Source: a bacterium
Lineage (GTDB): Bacteria; Bacteroidota; Ignavibacteria; UBA10030
Length of the DNA: 64,000 nt
Direction of reading: 5' to 3'
Assembly (NCBI GenBank): GCA_043803945.1
Contig: JAZDJN010000056.1
Coordinates: 24,258-88,257, forward strand
The position numbers and the translations under genes are program-made. The notes beneath the pieces are model-generated. The model searched no databases. It was not told where the DNA came from and was given only the letters and a program-made list of their open reading frames with translations. This document shows, piece after piece, positions 59,101 through 64,000 of the stretch (position 1 is its first letter; the number at the start of each line of letters is the position of its first letter).

Positions 59101-60812
59101 TCACGGTCGTATGTCAGCAGCCCATTACATTCGACTTCCACATCGGTCGTTTGTGTATAAACTGCTGCCGACAGGCCTGGGTGATCTTTGAACTCGTGGA
59201 CCGTTTGGAGAAACGACTCGTACTTCTTTGTGAGCTGGCTATTATCGCTCATTCCCTGATAGCCCCAATGCTCCTTCTTCCAGGTATGTCCGGGAATTGC
59301 GAGCCCCAGTCCACCGAATTCACCAAGCACAATGGCCCGTGTCGCTTCCGGCTTGGGTGATCGCGGCTGCGGATAGTTGTGAATATCCATGACACTACCG
59401 GCATTCTTATCGGTCCATCCGCTCGCGTTATTCACAAATCGTGTTGGATCCAGTTTTTTAACCCATGCACTTAACCTCTCCGTATCGTACTGCCCCCATC
59501 CCTCATTGAAGACGACCCACATAATAATAGAAGGGTGATTACGGTGTGTTCTGACAAGCTGTTCCAGTTCCAATTCAAATTGTTTTTTCGATTCCGGTGT
59601 TTTATTGTTCGCACTTGGCATATCCTGCCAGATGAGGAGCCCGAGTTTGTCCGCCCAGTAGTACCAGCGATCAGGTTCCACCTTCACATGTTTGCGCGCC
59701 ATATTGAAGCCAAGCTTCTTTGTTATCTCGATATCGTACTTCAATGCCTCATCTGTCGGAGCAGTGTAAATGCCATCGGGCCAGAATCCCTGATCGAGCG
59801 GTCCAATCTGGAAGAGAAACTTCCCGTTCAACATCAGCCGGTTGCAGCCGTTCGCATCCTTTGCCAGCTCAACCTTCCGCATGCCGAAGTAGCTCTTCAC
59901 TCCATCGACCTTCTTCCCCTCCTGCATCAACTCAACGACCATATCGTAGAGAACAGGTGTCGTGGGAGACCAGAGTCTGAGCGGTGAGATAGGGAGGGAA
60001 ATTTCTGCCCCCGGTTTTCCCCAGGCTTCACCGACTAATTTCTTTCCGTCATAGACAAACACTTTGAATTCTGACTCGGCAGTAATCCCTTCGCCGATCA
60101 CGAAGAGCCGCAGCATCTTCGCATCGACATCGGGAGTGATGATTAATTCTCTGATTGAATTTTGCGGAACCGGCTCGAGCCACACAGTTTGCCAGATTCC
60201 AGTCACCGGCGTGTACCAAATCCCTCCCGGCTTCAGCACCTGCTTGCCACGGGGTTGGCTGCCTTCGTTGGTCGGATCAAAAACAGCAACGATTAACTCC
60301 TGAGGGCCTTCCTGGCTCATGGCATCGGTGATATCGCACGTGAACGGATCGTAACCGCCGCGATGTTCTCCAACTTTTTGTCCATTTACATAGACAACCG
60401 CTTCCCAATCGACAGCGCCGAAGTGGAGCAGCACGCGCTGGTTATTCCACTCCTTTGGAATGAGAACCGTTCTGCGATACCATAAACGATTCGTATATTT
60501 CATAATCCCGGAGAGTGCCGATTCGATCGGATACGGAACAAGAATTTTTCCTTCAAGCGTTCTGCCAAAGGGCGGCGGTTGATGCTCCTCTGCCTCGGCA
60601 AATTCCCATAAACCGTTAAGATTCATCCAGACAGAGCGAACCATCTGCGGGCGAGGATACTCAGGCAGAACAGTACGTGGATTGACCTGTTTTGCCCAAC
60701 GGGTGAGGAGCGGTGCGTTCTGGGGAATACTCCATTGCGAGAACAAGAATGATGGTATTAGAAGAGCAAGAAGCATCAACAGCGTGCGAGAGAATAGATG
60801 AGTTCGTCTCAT
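56145..60812 (-). CDS. Multimodular glycosidase: GH2 + beta-sandwich + GH127-like beta-L-arabinofuranosidase + F5/8-like CBM
   Basis: GH2: EYPRPQ, LHFGAVDW, GPLDQGFWPDG, RKHVKVEP, WVVFNEGWG, LGEFGG, AVYTQTTDVE. GH127-like: GWEELPYW, WHNVN, GFETC, YRCCQHN, TLIPMGAARLR. Start at MRRTHL (60812). Confidence 0.88.
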   Translation of the reverse strand: MRRTHLFSRTLLMLLALLIPSFLFSQWSIPQNAPLLTRWAKQVNPRTVLPEYPRPQMVRSVWMNLNGLWEFAEAEEHQPPPFGRTLEGKILVPYPIESALSGIMKYTNRLWYRRTVLIPKEWNNQRVLLHFGAVDWEAVVYVNGQKVGEHRGGYDPFTCDITDAMSQEGPQELIVAVFDPTNEGSQPRGKQVLKPGGIWYTPVTGIWQTVWLEPVPQNSIRELIITPDVDAKMLRLFVIGEGITAESEFKVFVYDGKKLVGEAWGKPGAEISLPISPLRLWSPTTPVLYDMVVELMQEGKKVDGVKSYFGMRKVELAKDANGCNRLMLNGKFLFQIGPLDQGFWPDGIYTAPTDEALKYDIEITKKLGFNMARKHVKVEPDRWYYWADKLGLLIWQDMPSANNKTPESKKQFELELEQLVRTHRNHPSIIMWVVFNEGWGQYDTERLSAWVKKLDPTRFVNNASGWTDKNAGSVMDIHNYPQPRSPKPEATRAIVLGEFGGLGLAIPGHTWKKEHWGYQGMSDNSQLTKKYESFLQTVHEFKDHPGLSAAVYTQTTDVEVECNGLLTYDREIIKPDLKRIALVNQGDFSNVPPSPIVKTIVPASDREPQLWHYTLEQPADVWFKKDFDDSKWKIGYGGFGTKETPNAIIGTLWNTNTIWLRRIFTLDELITKDLALWMHHDEDAEVYINGVLACKVSGWSSEYEQSELTAEGKAALKKGANVLAVYCKQTRGGQYIDLGIIRLLPGKKKTTKGAICEVKNVPHAMAANRNGLYTSNREPLAQSPFMKLPIGSITPKGWIRGMLEIEKEGMTGRLKEISPWLNFEKSAWGNSRGEGERGWEELPYWLKGYGDLGYVLKDEAIIKETRTWIEAVLSSQREDGWFGPRSLLTSLQGKPDLWPHMVMLNILQSFYEYTGDKRVLPLMLKYFRWENQLPPESFGAGYWPKIRMGDNIESLYWAYNRTGESWLLDLAAKMHKNMAHWEDDVINWHNVNVAQGFREPTVYFQQSQEQKHLYGAERNYRKVMDLFGQFPGGGFAADENARPGFDDPRQGFETCGIVEFMHSFQMLTKITGTPIWSDRCEDITFNSLPAAMTPDQKGLRYLTCANEIQLDKESKSPGVQNGGTMMSYSPFQVYRCCQHNVSHGWPYFAEELWLATSDRGLCASIYSASEVRAKVGDGTIITLAEETEYPFSNTVTLNLTTPKSVNFPLYLRIPRWSKNTVVRINGIAVESTIDPLSYLKIHRQWQNGDVVTLTFDMHVTVQTWEKNENSVSVNYGPLSFALKIDERWQKYGSNEQWPEWEVFPASPWNYGLLFDDTNPAASFKLVRKTGALAHQPFTLETVPIQLNAKGRKLANWQQDYLGLAGLLQQSPARTTAPEETITLIPMGAARLRIASFPTVTKSGEGHEWIPPQRPKQISYKITSSYVNQYDDIKAVADGFEPKSSNDESIARMTWWAHKGTNEWVQYDFPAPKKIKTVSVYWYDDGSDGECRVPQSWKVLYKKGDGWIPIEQLAEYGTRKDAWNTVSCREIETTGVRLEVELQKNFCGGILEWKVE

Positions 60813-60920
60813 ACGTCTAATTCCTTTAGGATAGAGTTGAAGAAGAATGCATAGGCATCGTACGGCCTGGCGGCCGCAAATAAAGGGGAAATAAATCATT
60901 CATGTAATCCCCTCATAAAT

Positions 60921-61046
60921 GGGATTGACCAAAAATATCGCGAGGGTGTCACGGTCCACACCGTGACACTTAAATTCTGAAAGCTCTCCATACTTAGCGT
61001 CACGAAATGGTTCGTGACGCCCAAGTTTTCTTTTTATGTCAGCCCG
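60921..61046 (+). repeat. MITE/REPIN-like element copy D
   Basis: Ends GGGATTGACCAAAAA / TTTTTATGTCAGCCCG. Hairpins 60946-60969 and 60997-61020, 27-nt spacer. Confidence 0.88.
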
Positions 61047-61116
61047 ACTTCATTTGATCTGCAAAGACAGGCAGACGTGTGTGATCGTTTAATTCTTTGG
61101 GAAAACGCCGCTGACC

Positions 61117-63477
61117 TTATTGTTTCGTTTTCACAATCCTGATACCAAACACACCGCCGGCATATTTTCCGGGAAGCGCCTGAAACTTAATGGTGAGCTT
61201 CTCCTTCCCTTTCGTAACTGCTTCCGGAATAGGATAGGCCTGATCGAAATACTCACCCGGTTTGTTATTCTCCAACACTTGTTTGCCGATTTTTTGGCCA
61301 TCGGCATAGATCTCAAATTCCCTGTTGCGGCTGTCCCCTCCCCAGTAGGTCACACTCAATTCCTGTGGCTGATCGGGAAGCACCTTGAGATCAAATGAAA
61401 ACCAGCCGCCATCGGTGGCATGCCGCCACGGCTTGCCCATATGCCGCCCCACATGGGTTTTTTCTCCCTGCATGTTATGATCCCGTTCGGGCTGCATCTC
61501 TCCCACTCTGACGAAATCCACAGTGCGTGATTCCAGTTCTTTCAAGCGGGACTGTTCAGCGAGCAGCGCTTGTTCCCGGTCTTTCCATTCACGATCTGTA
61601 AAAATGTCCCAGTATACTGCGTACCGCCGGTTATGCATTTGATAGAATGGAATTAATGTCACATCGTTTGGCCGGCCGACACCAACCGTTGTAAAGGTAA
61701 GCTCTTTCGCTTGCACCGGTTCAACCCACTGTTGAACCGCCATCATATTAGTTATGAAATTGGGAACTACCGCTTTTCCCTCTACCGGGCCGAGATCGCC
61801 CGCCAGGAGGATTGGACCATACAGTAACGCGACACGGCGCGGATTATCCGGCATCGATTCCAGCCGGATTCGTTGCGGGAGTGTTACTTCTACTGTATCG
61901 ACTTTTCGCCATATCCGGTTAATGGCAATAAAGTTTTTGGGTGTCAGTGTAATTTCGATCGGTTTGCCATTAATCCGGATTGCATAATCTTTTCCTGCCC
62001 AGCGCGGCCGGCGCATTTGAAGAGTAAACTTGACCGGTTTCTGAGCACTGAATATGAAACGGCTTACGTTCTCTCTTGGGAATGTCGTGAGCTGCTTGAT
62101 CTGCACTCCTTTGCTGCGCCAGTTCAACTCCGATGGAATGAAAAGGTTGACATAGAGTTCATTGCTATTAGAGAAATAGATGCTTTCGCCATAGCGAGAA
62201 TGATTTTCCATTCCGGTTCCCAGGCAGCAACTGAAATCCTCAAACGGTGTGCTGTAGTGTTTTGTGGTGCCGGAACCCAGTGGAACGAAGTAGCAGACCA
62301 TGCCATTATCAGGATTCTGTGATGCAAGAATATGATTATAGAGCGCACGCTCATAGAACTCGGCATAGTCAGGATTTGGTTCACGGGCAAAGAGGAAAGC
62401 GGTTAACTTCAGCATATTGTAGGTATTGCAGGTCTCCATGGTGCTTTCGCTTAACCGGTCATTCAATCGTTCCGGTGCCCCGAAGTATTCGCGTTCGCCA
62501 TGGCCGCCGGCAACATAGGTGTGATTCTTCACGACGGTGGTCCAGAAGAATTCCGAAATGGTCCCAAACTTTTTCTCACCGGTCAACTCAAAGAGCCGTG
62601 CCGCACCGATCACTTTTGGGATGTTGGTGTTTCCATGAAGACCCTGGAGCCGATCTTCTTCCCGTGCCAATGGATCAAGAACGGCTTTGTGGTAAAACTT
62701 TTTTGCAAGTGCTAAATATTTTGGATTCTTTGTGAATGCATAGACATCGGCCAGCATCTCCATCATTCCGCCATGCTCACAGTTGAGCATTTTTTGCATC
62801 TGCTCCTCATTAAGGTTTTTCACGACATCGCCGCTGAAGTCAGCCAATCCGATCATCACCTCTTTCGCTTTGGTATTGTCACAATAGAGATAAGCATCGC
62901 GCAGGCCGGCCATGATTTTGTGGAGGACATACCATGGCACCCAGAGGCCGTTCAAATCGAAGCCTTTCGAACGGATATCTCCCGATGCAACTTCAGCAAA
63001 GACTTTTTTGCCGTTGGGAATTCCTGCGACATACCCATTGCCATTTGCTTTCTGGCATTCGGCCAATTGATCCACAACATAATTCACCCGTTCAAGGAAT
63101 CGCTTATCATCGCTCGCCCGGTACTGGATTGCGCAGGCGGAGAGATAGTGGCCGAGCGAGTGCGATGAGATTGTTTCCTTCTCCCAGCCGCCATAGGCAG
63201 GTGCTTTGGGAGTGAGTCCGGCATACTCGCGCACGCGCGAAAGCAGCCGGTCTGGCTCAAGTGTCAGGATGTACTCCTGATCTTTCTTCATGGCATGAAG
63301 AAAGGGGTTCTCAAGCAATCGAACATCCCGGAAATCGAACCGGGACACTTTCGCCGCCGGTTGTTCTGCTGAATGAGATTGTCCCTTAGGATTGATCATA
63401 AGCTGATTGTGCTGAGGCTTTGCAAAAATCGTGATAGAAACAAAAAGCATTATTAATGAACATATTCGTGCACTCAT
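61117..63477 (-). CDS. Beta-L-arabinofuranosidase, GH146/GH127 family, with C-terminal accessory domain
   Basis: YGGWE, GHYLSA, PWYVLHK, EHGGM, HGNTNIPK, ETCNTYNMLKL, YERALYNHIL, CCLGTGMEN. Start re-placed at MSARICS (63477, SD GGAAGG). Confidence 0.92.
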   Translation of the reverse strand: MSARICSLIMLFVSITIFAKPQHNQLMINPKGQSHSAEQPAAKVSRFDFRDVRLLENPFLHAMKKDQEYILTLEPDRLLSRVREYAGLTPKAPAYGGWEKETISSHSLGHYLSACAIQYRASDDKRFLERVNYVVDQLAECQKANGNGYVAGIPNGKKVFAEVASGDIRSKGFDLNGLWVPWYVLHKIMAGLRDAYLYCDNTKAKEVMIGLADFSGDVVKNLNEEQMQKMLNCEHGGMMEMLADVYAFTKNPKYLALAKKFYHKAVLDPLAREEDRLQGLHGNTNIPKVIGAARLFELTGEKKFGTISEFFWTTVVKNHTYVAGGHGEREYFGAPERLNDRLSESTMETCNTYNMLKLTAFLFAREPNPDYAEFYERALYNHILASQNPDNGMVCYFVPLGSGTTKHYSTPFEDFSCCLGTGMENHSRYGESIYFSNSNELYVNLFIPSELNWRSKGVQIKQLTTFPRENVSRFIFSAQKPVKFTLQMRRPRWAGKDYAIRINGKPIEITLTPKNFIAINRIWRKVDTVEVTLPQRIRLESMPDNPRRVALLYGPILLAGDLGPVEGKAVVPNFITNMMAVQQWVEPVQAKELTFTTVGVGRPNDVTLIPFYQMHNRRYAVYWDIFTDREWKDREQALLAEQSRLKELESRTVDFVRVGEMQPERDHNMQGEKTHVGRHMGKPWRHATDGGWFSFDLKVLPDQPQELSVTYWGGDSRNREFEIYADGQKIGKQVLENNKPGEYFDQAYPIPEAVTKGKEKLTIKFQALPGKYAGGVFGIRIVKTKQ

Positions 63478-63687
63478 TCCGATACCTTCCTTTTGCTTAT
63501 TATCCTGTGCGTGGTCGGGAGCTAGCTTGCCCGTCCCGCCTGTCCGGGCAGGCGTCGTTGTGGCGGGAGCTCCCTCCCAGCTATATGAACTCGTACTCCT
63601 ATAATAGATTACCATTTCACCTTATGCAAAAAAGAAAAACATCAATCAATCTGGGTTCTTCATAGCAAATCCCAAACCACCTCATAT

Positions 63688-63707
63688 GGGGTTGTCTAAA
63701 AAGAAAC
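63688..63707 (+). repeat. Left end of a further MITE-like element, cut off by IS66
   Basis: GGGGTTGTCTAAAAAGAAAC matches the copy C end GAGGTTGTCTAAAAAGTAAA and directly abuts the IS end. Confidence 0.65.
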
Positions 63708-64000
63708 GTAACTACACAGCGTAAATGTTCTTTGGAATAAATGGATTACCATTGAATGCCATGACGATGGCGTCAAATGCAGAGCGGGCATTCTTGCTCG
63801 CAGTCGAGATATAGCCACGAATACGACAAAACGCATTAGCACCTGCACGACTGCGGAAGGTGCCAGAGATCTTTTGTTTTACCTTCAGCATTCGAAGGTC
63901 GCGTTCAGCTTGATTGTTCGTGAACGGAACACGAAAGTCTTCCATAAACGCAAGCACCGCATCGTGGTGGTTGCTCATTCGTTCGATCAAGTTCCGCACT
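63708..64000 (-). mobile_element. IS66-family element (single-ORF ISBst12-like group), 3' end of transposase and terminal IR
   Basis: VPFTNNQAERDLRMLKVKQKISGTFRS..GANAFCRIRGYISTA (ORF 63712-63999). The stop lies inside the end sequence GCTGTGTAGTTAC (GTAAC.. terminus typical of IS66). Confidence 0.9.

Noticed and set aside
1-64000. rRNA, tRNA, riboswitch, prophage or named defence systems; canonical SusC/SusD pair
   Set aside because: No recognisable signatures found by eye. Small ncRNAs cannot be excluded without a covariance-model search.

Overview
A 64-kb, almost entirely minus-strand carbohydrate-utilisation region. Shine-Dalgarno sites, a canonical TTGACA-17-TACAAT promoter, T9SS-type C-terminal domains and PorV-like barrels suggest an Ignavibacteria-like (non-Bacteroidia FCB) bacterium; this assignment is an inference. 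Positions 1-33.9 kb are a LacI-associated pectin/galacturonate locus. It has two GH28, CE8, CE12, GH105 and PL1 enzymes and two TonB-dependent receptors with no SusD partner, each followed by a secreted non-lipoprotein; one cassette also has PorV-like and FadL-like barrels. It also has a hexuronate catabolic set (uxaC, exuT, uxuB-like SDR, uxaE, two PfkB kinases, a LarA-family nickel-pincer epimerase and gnd) with no uxuA, uxaA or eda in the window, implying a mannonate->gluconate->6-phosphogluconate route. After a divergent ilvE, 35.4-63.5 kb holds an arabinan/pectin side-chain cluster: GH3, two GH51, a GH27/36-like enzyme, a GH106-like enzyme, a GH2-GH127 fusion, a GH146-like enzyme, an arabinose/fucose-isomerase-family enzyme and two peptidases. 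It is interrupted by a decayed IS1595 element carrying passenger genes. Intergenic regions carry a family of ~120-130 bp elements in which conserved IS-like terminal inverted repeats enclose an inverted REP doublet. There are four copies of one type, one copy with a different REP cargo, and one end abutting an IS66 at the right edge of the window. No rRNA, tRNA or CRISPR array was seen.
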